DNA of 30,919 bases from a virus (lineage: Duplodnaviria; Caudoviricetes), in IMG/VR virus record IMGVR_UViG_3300017785_000314, positions 1 through 30,919 of that record. One strand, given 5' to 3'. Positions 17,396 to 25,044 of this stretch are shown here, in pieces. The translations under genes and the position numbers were made by a program. Numbering within the stretch: position 1 is the stretch's first letter; the number at the start of each line of letters is the position of its first letter. Under the pieces are notes generated by a model. That model saw only the letters and a program-made list of their open reading frames with translations. It did not search any database and was not told the DNA's origin.

Positions 17396-18622
17396 TCACC
17401 ATTTGTTACTAACTGGCAAGGGTGTGAAGCTCTGAACCTTAGAAATATTCGTTCTTCTGACACCTTCGCAAGCATACCGCAGTGCGTCAATCACATGGTT
17501 CTTCTTGTCTTGCAACAGCGGCAGCACCCGTCCAGTTAGCGGGTCGGTGCGATAACTGTACAGGCTCAGCTCGTCAATCGTGTGCTTGCACCTTGGATGC
17601 ACCACGATGTCGTAGTTTTTGAGAAACTCGATGCCTTCCTCGACAGACTTCGCCCCTTTGACTGCGCCCATGATCTTAGGAAACCCGTTCTTTCTCATGT
17701 GGCTGATGGTCTCTGGCCGCGCTGAGTCTGCCACGATTGGCCACTTCTCTGCCTCTGGAATGCTCAAAAAGAGTTCAGGCGTGTTCACAATCTCGCACCC
17801 AACCATGTACGCCTCGTAATCAATGTATAGCGTGCGCCCAATAATGTGGCATCGCACCAACACTGTCGGGTCAATGGCGAATCCCCAATCTGCGCCCAGA
17901 CGGTGGATTGCCTCTGGTGAGGCTTCAAAATCATCTATCTTCCAGTTACGAAACACCCTGGCGTTGCTGTTTGTCAGATATTGACCCTGCCAAACGTGCT
18001 GATACTTGTCCGGGTCTCGTCTAAGGTCGTACTCCATCTCGTCACGCAGGACATCGGGAAACCAAGGGTTGTCACTAAAGTTGACCTTGATGACCGTGGC
18101 ATCCTTTGGTGGCTCTGGCCCACGCAGCAGGAAGTCCACAGGATCGGATTCCTGTCTAGGATTCCATGTAAACCACAGCTCAGAGTCGGGCTTTCGGATC
18201 GTTGGGCGCAGCAGATCGAGGCTCGTCTGGCTTAGGCTCTGGGCTTCCTCCACCCAGGCACAGTCGTAACCTTCTAGTGATTTAATTGAGTCTGAGGTAT
18301 GGTTTTGCATACCTTGAAAGATAATCGCGCCATCGCCTTTCTTGGACTTGATGACCGCATCTTGAACCTCAAAGTATGCGCCAGCATTCATCGCCTGTAT
18401 CTTTGTCTCAAGCAACCGTTTGACCGATTGCTGCAGAGACTTCTGGATTTCACGCACGCACACGCTTCGACGCTTCTGATCCATGATGTGAGTCTCGATC
18501 ATCATCTCAGCAAAGAAATGAGACTTGCCTGAGCCTCGGCCACCCCAAGCTGCCTTGTATCGTGACGGGTCAAGCAGCGGCACAGCCCATTCTGGAGTCT
18601 TGAGCTGGAGGGTCTTACCCAT
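17396..18622 (-). CDS. terL: Terminase large subunit (PBSX family)
   Basis: Walker A GGRGSGKS, Walker B AWVEEAQ, TWNP coupling motif, nuclease residues GADWG and NHVIDALRY. Confidence 0.97.
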   Translation of the reverse strand: MGKTLQLKTPEWAVPLLDPSRYKAAWGGRGSGKSHFFAEMMIETHIMDQKRRSVCVREIQKSLQQSVKRLLETKIQAMNAGAYFEVQDAVIKSKKGDGAIIFQGMQNHTSDSIKSLEGYDCAWVEEAQSLSQTSLDLLRPTIRKPDSELWFTWNPRQESDPVDFLLRGPEPPKDATVIKVNFSDNPWFPDVLRDEMEYDLRRDPDKYQHVWQGQYLTNSNARVFRNWKIDDFEASPEAIHRLGADWGFAIDPTVLVRCHIIGRTLYIDYEAYMVGCEIVNTPELFLSIPEAEKWPIVADSARPETISHMRKNGFPKIMGAVKGAKSVEEGIEFLKNYDIVVHPRCKHTIDELSLYSYRTDPLTGRVLPLLQDKKNHVIDALRYACEGVRRTNISKVQSFTPLPVSNKW

Positions 18623-18968
18623 TCTTAACGATCACACGCTCGATCTTAGCAAAGACTAGCGGTGCGCCATCTGCGCCTGTGACTTCGTGCGAGCTGGTCT
18701 CTTTCCACCTCGCCCTGGTCTTTAGCCAGAAAATAGCCGCCTGAGTGTTACCATTCTTGGCCTGCTGAAACAACGTACCAGCGATCACCGAGTTAGCGTC
18801 AATCCTGCCTTCATCAAGTTCAGTCTGGTAATACTTGGTCAAGGTATCGGATGATATTTTCAAGCGAATGGCAATGTCCTCATGTGGGCAACCAAGTGCC
18901 GCAAGACGTTTTGCCGTGTTCCTGTCTGCCTGAGTAGGCTTGTGCGCTGGCCTTCCTTTTTCAGCCAT
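18615..18968 (-). CDS. terS: Terminase small subunit (putative)
   Basis: N-terminal HTH (GCPHEDIAIRLKISSDTLTKYY), GNTQAAIFWLKTRARW and EVTGADGAPL. Directly upstream of terL. Confidence 0.75.
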   Translation of the reverse strand: MAEKGRPAHKPTQADRNTAKRLAALGCPHEDIAIRLKISSDTLTKYYQTELDEGRIDANSVIAGTLFQQAKNGNTQAAIFWLKTRARWKETSSHEVTGADGAPLVFAKIERVIVKNG

Positions 18969-18972
18969 TTGC

Positions 18973-20187
18973 TTATAACTCCGCTAAAACTGCTGTTTTG
19001 CCTGTGAAGTTTTCCCAGCGCTTGACGATTACGTCGCAGTATTTGGGGTCTAACTCCATTAGCCGAGCGTGACGTCCTGTCTTTTCACAGGCAATTAAGG
19101 TTGAACCGCTGCCTCCAAACAAGTCAACAACACAATCCGATCCTTTACTGCTATTTATAATCGCTTCCTCTGGCAAGCAAACAGGCTTTTGTGTTGGGTG
19201 CACATAACTACTTTGTGCGTCCCTACCTATTTTCCAAACTGAGGTTTTCGTTCTATCGCCAGCGTTGAAGTGGCTTCCTTTGCCTTCCTTCCAACCATAC
19301 AAAATAGGTTCATGCTGCGCACGATAGTCTTGCCAGCCCATTCCGGCTGACTGCTTCATCCATATAATCGTTGAGGATTTCTTAAATTGTTCAGCAAAAG
19401 TCTTTTCAAAAGCTATTTTTGGAGCCGATGCGCTATCAGGGTGGCAAACATAAATACAAGCCAATGGCTTCATTATTGCACTGTAGGTTGCAAAAACATC
19501 TCTACAAAACTGCTCAAAATCCTCTGCCGACATATCATCGTTTTTAATTGTGCCAAGGTTATTCGCACCTCGACCAGAATAAGCAACGTTGTATGGAGGG
19601 TCAGTAAATACCAAATCAGCCAGCATTCCATTCATTAGCTTTTCGCCGTCATCAATGCTAGTGCTGTCACCACACATAAGCCTATGGTTGCCTAACACCC
19701 AAACGTCACCTAGCTTAGTGATTGGCTCTGGTGGTGGTTCTGGTACTTCATCCTCGTCGGTAAGCCCGTCCGTGAGTTGGATTGGTGACAGAGCCTCGAT
19801 CTCCTCTGGCGTGAATCCAATTAGGTCAAGATCAAATCCTAAGTCACCTAGCTCGCCAAGCTCTAGCGACAGCATCTCGTTATCCCACCCAGCATTCAAT
19901 GCCAATTTATTGTCAGCAATGACATAGGCACGCTTTTTGGCATCCGACCATCCTGTGGCCACAACAACTGGTATTTCTTTGATCTTGAGCTTTTGGGCTG
20001 CGAGCGTTCTGCCGTGGCCAGCAATGATGCCGCCGTTCTCATCGACTAAGACTGGTGTTGTCCATCCCCATTCTTTAATGCTGGCTGCAATCTGGTTGAT
20101 CTGCTCGTCGCTGTGGGTGCGGCTGTTTCGTGCGTAAGGCACAAGTTTGTCGATTGACCACTGCTCGACTTTGTCTGCTGGATTCAT
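18973..20187 (-). CDS. ParB-like N-terminal domain fused to N6-adenine/N4-cytosine DNA methyltransferase (beta class)
   Basis: Likely start is ATG 20187. ParB motifs PYARNSRTHS, IIAGHGR and ADNKLA; MTase motifs TDPPY, HPTQKP and DLFGGSGSTL. Confidence 0.92.
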   Translation of the reverse strand: MNPADKVEQWSIDKLVPYARNSRTHSDEQINQIAASIKEWGWTTPVLVDENGGIIAGHGRTLAAQKLKIKEIPVVVATGWSDAKKRAYVIADNKLALNAGWDNEMLSLELGELGDLGFDLDLIGFTPEEIEALSPIQLTDGLTDEDEVPEPPPEPITKLGDVWVLGNHRLMCGDSTSIDDGEKLMNGMLADLVFTDPPYNVAYSGRGANNLGTIKNDDMSAEDFEQFCRDVFATYSAIMKPLACIYVCHPDSASAPKIAFEKTFAEQFKKSSTIIWMKQSAGMGWQDYRAQHEPILYGWKEGKGSHFNAGDRTKTSVWKIGRDAQSSYVHPTQKPVCLPEEAIINSSKGSDCVVDLFGGSGSTLIACEKTGRHARLMELDPKYCDVIVKRWENFTGKTAVLAEL

Positions 20188-20230
20188 ATAACCTTCGCGA
20201 AAGGTTGATTCTGCGTTGTTAACGCTAACC

Positions 20231-20581
20231 TTAAAGGGTAGCAATCACGATTGTACATCCGCCGCCTGATTTAATCACTCCCCTGGCTATCTCTATCTTG
20301 TCGAATTGTGAATCTGATTCATAAATGCCTGCATTTTCTAAACTGTCGAGCAGGCTTTTGAGTCTGTTGTCTAAATCTTGCTTGCGTCGATCTTTCGGGA
20401 ATATCGTGATGATGGCCTGAAGTCTGGCATCGCCAAAGTATGGGATTTTGTTCAGTAAAACGTATTCTTTGACGGTTTGTTTGTAATCTCTTGCAGCTTT
20501 AGAAAGTATTGTTCTGCCGTGGAAATTGCGCCAGTAAGCGTTTACTGATGGCGGTAACGGTAGCTGTAGCGTGGCAATCAC
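20231..20581 (-). CDS. rusA: RusA family Holliday junction resolvase
   Basis: LPLPPSVNAYWR, PKDRRKQDLDNRLKSLLDSL and the D.QFD segment. Confidence 0.92.
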   Translation of the reverse strand: MIATLQLPLPPSVNAYWRNFHGRTILSKAARDYKQTVKEYVLLNKIPYFGDARLQAIITIFPKDRRKQDLDNRLKSLLDSLENAGIYESDSQFDKIEIARGVIKSGGGCTIVIATL

Positions 20582-20841
20582 AATAAAGCCTCTGTCTGCG
20601 CTAATAAATCTTCTTCAGATACATCATAGTGTCTATTAAACGCTTTCCTACCCATCCCATGAACACCAGTATTGCCACGATGATGCTCAGGACACAAACC
20701 GATAACAGGAGAATTATCACGCCTTCCAGCATGGCGAATATGATGGATTTCACAAGGTGTATCTCCATAACCCAAGTGTCTGCAAAGTGAGCAACCAAGC
20801 TCTGCAAGTTTTTCATAATGCTTGCGCTGTGCTTTGTTCAA
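20578..20841 (-). CDS. Ref-like / HNH-type zinc nuclease
   Basis: LGCSLC...EIHHIR...IGLCPEHHRG..GVH. Start uncertain (TTG 20841 suggested). Confidence 0.75.
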   Translation of the reverse strand: MNKAQRKHYEKLAELGCSLCRHLGYGDTPCEIHHIRHAGRRDNSPVIGLCPEHHRGNTGVHGMGRKAFNRHYDVSEEDLLAQTEALL

Positions 20842-20995
20842 TTTGATGTTCTGCCCATTGTTGCAAATTAACCACAGCAATCTGCATATCTACCGCAACG
20901 TCAGCAGCTGCGTTGTATTTACCTTGCGATACAAGTTTTTGGTATTGATGCCGCATTGCGTCAAGTTTAATCAGGCTTTCAGAATAGTCGATCAT
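20813..20995 (-). CDS. Hypothetical protein
   Basis: 60-aa ORF with ATGA coupling to the upstream gene. Confidence 0.6.
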   Translation of the reverse strand: MIDYSESLIKLDAMRHQYQKLVSQGKYNAAADVAVDMQIAVVNLQQWAEHQIEQSTAQAL

Positions 20996-21171
20996 TTTTT
21001 ACCCTTTAAAAAGGTATTAACTTTTGCCCTAAGTTCTTCTACGCTGCCAACATCGTCAATAAAGTCTAAGACTGAAGCGCATATTTGAAGTTCTAAAACT
21101 TCAGTTGCTGATAGTTTTGTGGTTTTCTTATTTGTGATTGCAGCTACCTGTTTTAGTAATTCGTGGCTCAT
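20992..21171 (-). CDS. 59-aa hypothetical protein (below ORF track cutoff)
   Basis: Read manually: MSHELLKQVAAITNKK...KVNTFLKGKK*. ATGA overlaps at both ends fill the gap exactly. Confidence 0.7.
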   Translation of the reverse strand: MSHELLKQVAAITNKKTTKLSATEVLELQICASVLDFIDDVGSVEELRAKVNTFLKGKK

Positions 21172-21497
21172 TTTGTTAATTTCTCAATTTGTCGGTTGCT
21201 GGCCTGCTCGGTGCGCCATGCGTCAAACCTAAGTTGTGCGCTCGTTAGCCGCCACTTTAAAAGCTCTGCCTTTTCAGTTGCTGCCCCGATTGCGTCGCAT
21301 AAGTTCTGATAATCAGGATGAGCGTATGCTTCGCGTTCTTGGGCTGACACTGCAGATTCGCCTGACTGTTTCATCAGGATTGCCTTTAGGCTCGATTTAA
21401 ACGCCTCCAGCTGCGCTAGTTCGCCCTTTGCCTTAGCGTAATGCGGTGCGTTGTCCCAAATGTACTCTATGGCAGGATGCGGTGAGTAGTCACTCAT
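21168..21497 (-). CDS. Hypothetical coiled-coil protein
   Basis: Likely start is ATG 21497, which overlaps the MTase stop. Contains AQEREAYAHPDY...FDAWRTEQASNR. Confidence 0.7.
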   Translation of the reverse strand: MSDYSPHPAIEYIWDNAPHYAKAKGELAQLEAFKSSLKAILMKQSGESAVSAQEREAYAHPDYQNLCDAIGAATEKAELLKWRLTSAQLRFDAWRTEQASNRQIEKLTK

Positions 21498-22515
21498 TTG
21501 AGTAACTCCCATGCAGTTGCTGCACATAAAGGGACTTGTCCATTACCAATGGCTTTAAGTCTGTGAACCCTAGCGGCCACCCCATAAGAAACTCGACCCA
21601 CGTTGGGTTCAATTGCCCACCAGTTTCTGTTGCCAATACCGCTTGAGTTAATCCATTCTGATGATTTTCCCGTGTTTGACGATTGGCTTTGTGTTCCGTA
21701 CTCATTGGTGTTGGCCACATTTGAACAGCACCACTTAACCCGTTTTGTTGTGTCTTTGGATTGCAAAATTGCCCTTTTTTGGCATCGTTGGCAATAGGAG
21801 TTGGCCAATATTTGTCCAGTTTGCTTTTGCAAGCCCCTTTCGTCAACATTAAATAATCCTCGTATGTGGTCACATTCCTCGCCACCATTGATATTTGACC
21901 GTCCCCCCTCCAGGCTCCCGCTTTGCTTGCAATGGGCGTTTGCCATATCGCACGTTTTTTCAATGCTTTCCGACCATTGCTGCCCCCATCTAAACCCGTT
22001 GTGTTCGGTGTGTGAAAGAATGTTTCGTTGTTCGGCTCTGATCCAAATTCTTTCACGCTGATGGTTTGCACCAATATCGGCAGCTGATACAACGCCCCAT
22101 TTTGCATCGAACCCCATCGTGGAAAGGTCTGCAAGGACAACTCCAAGTCCTCTAGTAGTGAGCATTGGGCTGTTCTCCACAAAGACGTACTGGGGTCTAA
22201 CCTCGCCAATGATCCTTGCCATGTGTTTCCACATTGAGGATTTGTTTCCTTCAATTCCTGCGCCTTTTCCTGCGGCTGAAATGTCCTGGCATGGAAAGCC
22301 TCCCGATACAACTTGCACAATTCCTCGCCACGGGTTTCCGTCAAAGGTTTGTACGTCATCCCAAATCGGGAAAGGCGGGAGAATTTTGTCATTTTGTCTA
22401 GCGCACAATACGCTTGCTGGGTATTGTTCCCACTCAACGGCACAGACGGTTCGCCATCCAAGGAGGTGTCCCCCAAGTATTCCTCCACCAGCGCCTGCGA
22501 AAAGAGCCAACTCAT
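21490..22515 (-). CDS. Overlapping +1-frame ORF: putative second MTase polypeptide (TRD-like repeats plus motif IX)
   Basis: 341 codons with no stop, inside the MTase gene. Four (W/H)-x-T-P modules and QLNPTWVEFLMGWPLGFTD, which resembles motif IX (R.LT..E..RLMGFP). Confidence 0.7.
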   Translation of the reverse strand: MSWLFSQALVEEYLGDTSLDGEPSVPLSGNNTQQAYCALDKMTKFSRLSRFGMTYKPLTETRGEELCKLYREAFHARTFQPQEKAQELKETNPQCGNTWQGSLARLDPSTSLWRTAQCSLLEDLELSLQTFPRWGSMQNGALYQLPILVQTISVKEFGSEPNNETFFHTPNTTGLDGGSNGRKALKKRAIWQTPIASKAGAWRGDGQISMVARNVTTYEDYLMLTKGACKSKLDKYWPTPIANDAKKGQFCNPKTQQNGLSGAVQMWPTPMSTEHKANRQTRENHQNGLTQAVLATETGGQLNPTWVEFLMGWPLGFTDLKPLVMDKSLYVQQLHGSYSNE

Positions 22516-22528
22516 TTAATTGTTCCAT
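21494..22528 (-). CDS. C5-cytosine DNA methyltransferase, main polypeptide (motifs I-VIII and X)
   Basis: LFAGAGG (I), GGFPCQD (IV), ENSP (VI), HQRERIW (VIII) and RLKAIGNGQVP (X). No motif IX in this frame. Confidence 0.92.
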   Translation of the reverse strand: MEQLNELALFAGAGGGILGGHLLGWRTVCAVEWEQYPASVLCARQNDKILPPFPIWDDVQTFDGNPWRGIVQVVSGGFPCQDISAAGKGAGIEGNKSSMWKHMARIIGEVRPQYVFVENSPMLTTRGLGVVLADLSTMGFDAKWGVVSAADIGANHQRERIWIRAEQRNILSHTEHNGFRWGQQWSESIEKTCDMANAHCKQSGSLEGGRSNINGGEECDHIRGLFNVDERGLQKQTGQILANSYCQRCQKRAILQSKDTTKRVKWCCSNVANTNEYGTQSQSSNTGKSSEWINSSGIGNRNWWAIEPNVGRVSYGVAARVHRLKAIGNGQVPLCAATAWELLK

Positions 22529-22529
22529 G

Positions 22530-22826
22530 TCATATCAAATCCATCTGTTTCGGCATAACTTTCCATTCCCGTTCTGCCCGACCAGACTTGCTCTGCACGT
22601 TGCGACCAGTAAGCAAGATTTCATGGTTGCGTTCTAATTCACTAAGCCGCCTGGCAACCTGATTCCCATCAAGTCCCGTAATCTGCGCTATACCGTCTTT
22701 CCCCATTGCCCCATACTTGCATAAGGCTGCAATGATTATTGTGGCGTGTTGAGCCGCTAGAGTCTTTGCAGAGTCAGCTGCCGCCCAACTGGTTGACGGG
22801 TCGGTGTTGCGAGCAAATTGGTTCAT
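22530..22826 (-). CDS. Winged-helix DNA-binding protein
   Basis: Likely start is ATG 22826 (MNQFARNTDPSTSWAAA). Contains GIAQITGLDGNQVARRLSELER...SGRAEREW. Confidence 0.7.
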   Translation of the reverse strand: MNQFARNTDPSTSWAAADSAKTLAAQHATIIIAALCKYGAMGKDGIAQITGLDGNQVARRLSELERNHEILLTGRNVQSKSGRAEREWKVMPKQMDLI

Positions 22827-23020
22827 AGCATCACCAATGAAAGAAGTGGAAAAAAACCAAACACCAACGCCAATCCTAACAAACCTAATACCCACGCCAC
22901 AGGCGGTATACGGTCATCAGGTCGTTTGTAATTACGCATCTGACGAGCCGTGCGACCCGTCCAGTTTGGTTCGCTCATGTCTGTGCCGTGAGGCCAGTTA
23001 CGCTTATTCATCGCTGCCAT
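22823..23020 (-). CDS. Small membrane protein
   Basis: C-terminal hydrophobic helix VAWVLGLLGLALVFGFFPLLSLVML. ATGA coupling. Start may be 23011. Confidence 0.6.
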   Translation of the reverse strand: MAAMNKRNWPHGTDMSEPNWTGRTARQMRNYKRPDDRIPPVAWVLGLLGLALVFGFFPLLSLVML

Positions 23021-23267
23021 CCTCTTCGTAACCTTTCACGGTTTCAATGTGGTTAATGTCAATAAAGTGTGTGTACATTGGGCAGGCACAAATCAAAACA
23101 TCGTCACGGTCAATCTTGATATACGGTTCGCCGTTGCTGTCTAATTTCACGCCATCGGCAAATTGATCCATTAGTTTGGCAATCATTTTGTCAGATAACT
23201 CGTGGCTTAATTCACGCATTAGCTGTCGCTTACCTTCGTCTGTCATTTGGATGTATGAGTATTTCAT
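23004..23267 (-). CDS. Hypothetical protein
   Basis: 87-aa ORF packed between neighbours with an upstream AGGGG SD-like sequence. Confidence 0.6.
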   Translation of the reverse strand: MKYSYIQMTDEGKRQLMRELSHELSDKMIAKLMDQFADGVKLDSNGEPYIKIDRDDVLICACPMYTHFIDINHIETVKGYEEDGSDE

Positions 23268-23270
23268 GGC

Positions 23271-23420
23271 TTACCCCTTAAACCCGTTGGCTTTCAGGAA
23301 TTGCTGCTCGTCTGGGCTTGCCATGCAGACTGCCATCATGTGTTTTTGCAAGTATGCCGCTAACTTTGCACGATTCTTGTCGGATGGGTCTGCTTTAAAT
23401 GCTTGGATCAGTTTGTTCAT
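23271..23420 (-). CDS. 49-aa early protein, paralogue B (below cutoff)
   Basis: Read manually: MNKLIQAFKADPSDKNRAKLAAYLQKHMMAVCMASPDEQQFLKANGFKG*. Leader ACAGGTACATAAAATG. Confidence 0.75.
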   Translation of the reverse strand: MNKLIQAFKADPSDKNRAKLAAYLQKHMMAVCMASPDEQQFLKANGFKG

Positions 23421-23434
23421 TTTATGTACCTGTA

Positions 23435-23581
23435 TTAAATAAAACCGTTAATTTTAAGAAACTCCTGAGTGTTTAGTGATGCTCTAAACGCCCAAATTGG
23501 GTGCTTGTTTATATAGTTTTGCAACCTCAACCGTGTTTGCTCTGATGGGTAAGCTACAAACTGTTTAATTAATTTATTCAT
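23435..23581 (-). CDS. 48-aa early protein, paralogue A (below cutoff)
   Basis: Read manually: MNKLIKQFVAYPSEQTRLRLQNYINKHPIWAFRASLNTQEFLKINGFI*. Leader ACAGGTGCATAAATG. Confidence 0.75.
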   Translation of the reverse strand: MNKLIKQFVAYPSEQTRLRLQNYINKHPIWAFRASLNTQEFLKINGFI

Positions 23582-23602
23582 TTATGCACCTGTATTTGTC
23601 GT

Positions 23603-23653
23603 ATGGCGTTGTTGCCATGACTAGATATTAAGCTATCTAAACAATAATTGCAT
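23603..23653 (-). promoter_or_regulatory. Leftward promoter copy 2 with operator-like site
   Basis: ATGCAA-17nt-TAATAT. Shares the block TTGCCATGA..ATATTAAGCTAnCTAAA with 25638-25666. Confidence 0.6.
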
Positions 23654-23768
23654 AGGTGTTTACCCTAGTTTTGCAATTATTTTTAATTTATTGGGGTTTT
23701 TACAACAAGGTGCGGGTACTCGCTGAACAAGGAGTGTGGAGGGACACGGCTTTCCCCGCAGTTACATC

Positions 23769-24470
23769 TTACTGGAAAGTCATCCGTTTGTACGCTTGTC
23801 TGGTTCGCTCAACGTCACCTTCGCAATAGCGAGCAATGTCCTCAATGCGCCCAGCTTGGTAAAAGTCCCAGACTTTAGACCCGTCAATTTCCTCGCCAAT
23901 CTCGCTGCCCTTCTGCGGAATGTTAAAGATTTTGCACAGTTTGTCTAAGCTGACACGGTTGCCGTGGCCTGCCCAGGCTGTCATGGTGTCAAAGATCGCG
24001 TCATCCCACGGTTTTGCAGAGAACGGAATCATAAACGGTGGCTTCACGTTGTTCATCACAGAGCGTTGAAACAAGAATCGTAGATCAAAATTGACAATAT
24101 TGTGGCCGATAAACTTAGGTCGGGTCTGTGACGATGGATTGTATTCATCCATCAATGTTTGGTAAAACTTGTGCAAAATCTCTGCCTCAGAGCCGCCATA
24201 GATCGACACAGGCGCATTATCATCAATGGCATACCCAATGCAGCATATCTCGCCTAAACCGCCGTCAAATGACGTTTTACGGTACGTTGCGTCAAACTCC
24301 GCATCGAGCTTTTCAACCTCAGCTTTGATGTAAGCGTCGATCTTTTCTTGATCTTTGTAATTGCTGGGTGCTTTGACGGACAGCTTTTGTTTCTCAATGT
24401 CAGCCTTGATAAGCTCAATTGCGGCAAAGGATTGAGATGGAATAGTTTCAATATCAAAATAAATGTTCAT
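23769..24470 (-). CDS. DnaQ/PolB-like 3'-5' exonuclease domain protein
   Basis: ExoI FDIETIP, ExoII GHNIVNFD and ExoIII YCEGDV. Confidence 0.88.
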   Translation of the reverse strand: MNIYFDIETIPSQSFAAIELIKADIEKQKLSVKAPSNYKDQEKIDAYIKAEVEKLDAEFDATYRKTSFDGGLGEICCIGYAIDDNAPVSIYGGSEAEILHKFYQTLMDEYNPSSQTRPKFIGHNIVNFDLRFLFQRSVMNNVKPPFMIPFSAKPWDDAIFDTMTAWAGHGNRVSLDKLCKIFNIPQKGSEIGEEIDGSKVWDFYQAGRIEDIARYCEGDVERTRQAYKRMTFQ

Positions 24471-24610
24471 TTTTGTACCTGTTTGGCTAAAGTTTTAAGC
24501 ATCTCGATTGCATCCTGTAGGTCTTGCACGGCTCTGTTGTCAAGAACCATGCCTTCGTACCATTGCTGCAATCTCCAAGAAATCAGTATTGCTTCTTCGG
24601 TTTGCGTCAT
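24467..24610 (-). CDS. 47-aa hypothetical protein (below cutoff)
   Basis: Read manually: MTQTEEAILISWRLQQWYEGMVLDNRAVQDLQDAIEMLKTLAKQVQK*. TGATG and ATGA overlaps with its neighbours. Confidence 0.7.
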   Translation of the reverse strand: MTQTEEAILISWRLQQWYEGMVLDNRAVQDLQDAIEMLKTLAKQVQK

Positions 24611-25044
24611 CAGAACGGGACATCGTCGATCATGTCCTCCAACGGGACAACGATGCCTTCCTTAATTGCTCGATACGCATCTGACTTGGGTTTAGCAGGC
24701 GCAGCTGGCGGTGCATCTTCAGCATTGCGACCTCCAAGCATCTGCATCTGGTCAGCAACAACCTCTGTTGTGTACTGATCAACTCCGTCTTTGTTCTGCC
24801 ACTTGCGAGTAGTCATACGACCCGCTACAAAGACCTGTGAGCCTTTTTTTAGGTAATCGGCACATATTCCTGCCAACTTACCAAACGCCGTGATCCTGAC
24901 CCATTCTGTCGTTTCTTTGGTTGGTGTCTTGTAACCGACAGCAATTGAAAAATTACAGATTGCATTACTGTCAGCGGTGTAACGTACTTCAGGGTCTTTG
25001 CCCAATCGCCCAATAAACTCGCAGCGGTTCAAATCAGTTGCCAT
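24610..25044 (-). CDS. ssb: Single-stranded DNA-binding protein
   Basis: LNRCEFIGRLGKDPEVRY, YLKKGSQVFVAGRMTTRKWQ and acidic tip DDVPF. Confidence 0.97.
   Translation of the reverse strand: MATDLNRCEFIGRLGKDPEVRYTADSNAICNFSIAVGYKTPTKETTEWVRITAFGKLAGICADYLKKGSQVFVAGRMTTRKWQNKDGVDQYTTEVVADQMQMLGGRNAEDAPPAAPAKPKSDAYRAIKEGIVVPLEDMIDDVPF

Noticed and set aside
17371-17490. Extended N-terminus of the portal ORF (similar extensions at 4929, 6530, 20244, 22895, 29541)
   Set aside because: The extensions overlap upstream genes or intergenic signals. Downstream starts with SD sequences or stop-start coupling fit better.
1594-19927. Numerous plus-strand ORFs (e.g. 3638-4066, 10577-11011, 15599-15934, 19589-19927)
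   Set aside because: All lie antisense to well-supported structural or packaging genes, have no recognisable motifs, and show shadow-like composition.
21490-22528. Interpreting the MTase as a frameshifted pseudogene or assembly error
   Set aside because: Both frames are open over the whole length. A single-chain enzyme would need two compensating shifts (into +1 for motif IX, back for motif X), which errors would not readily produce.
22119-22637. 172-aa plus-strand ORF opposite the C5 MTase (third overlapping frame)
   Set aside because: No motif or RBS. It is explained as the antisense in-register shadow of the MTase codons.
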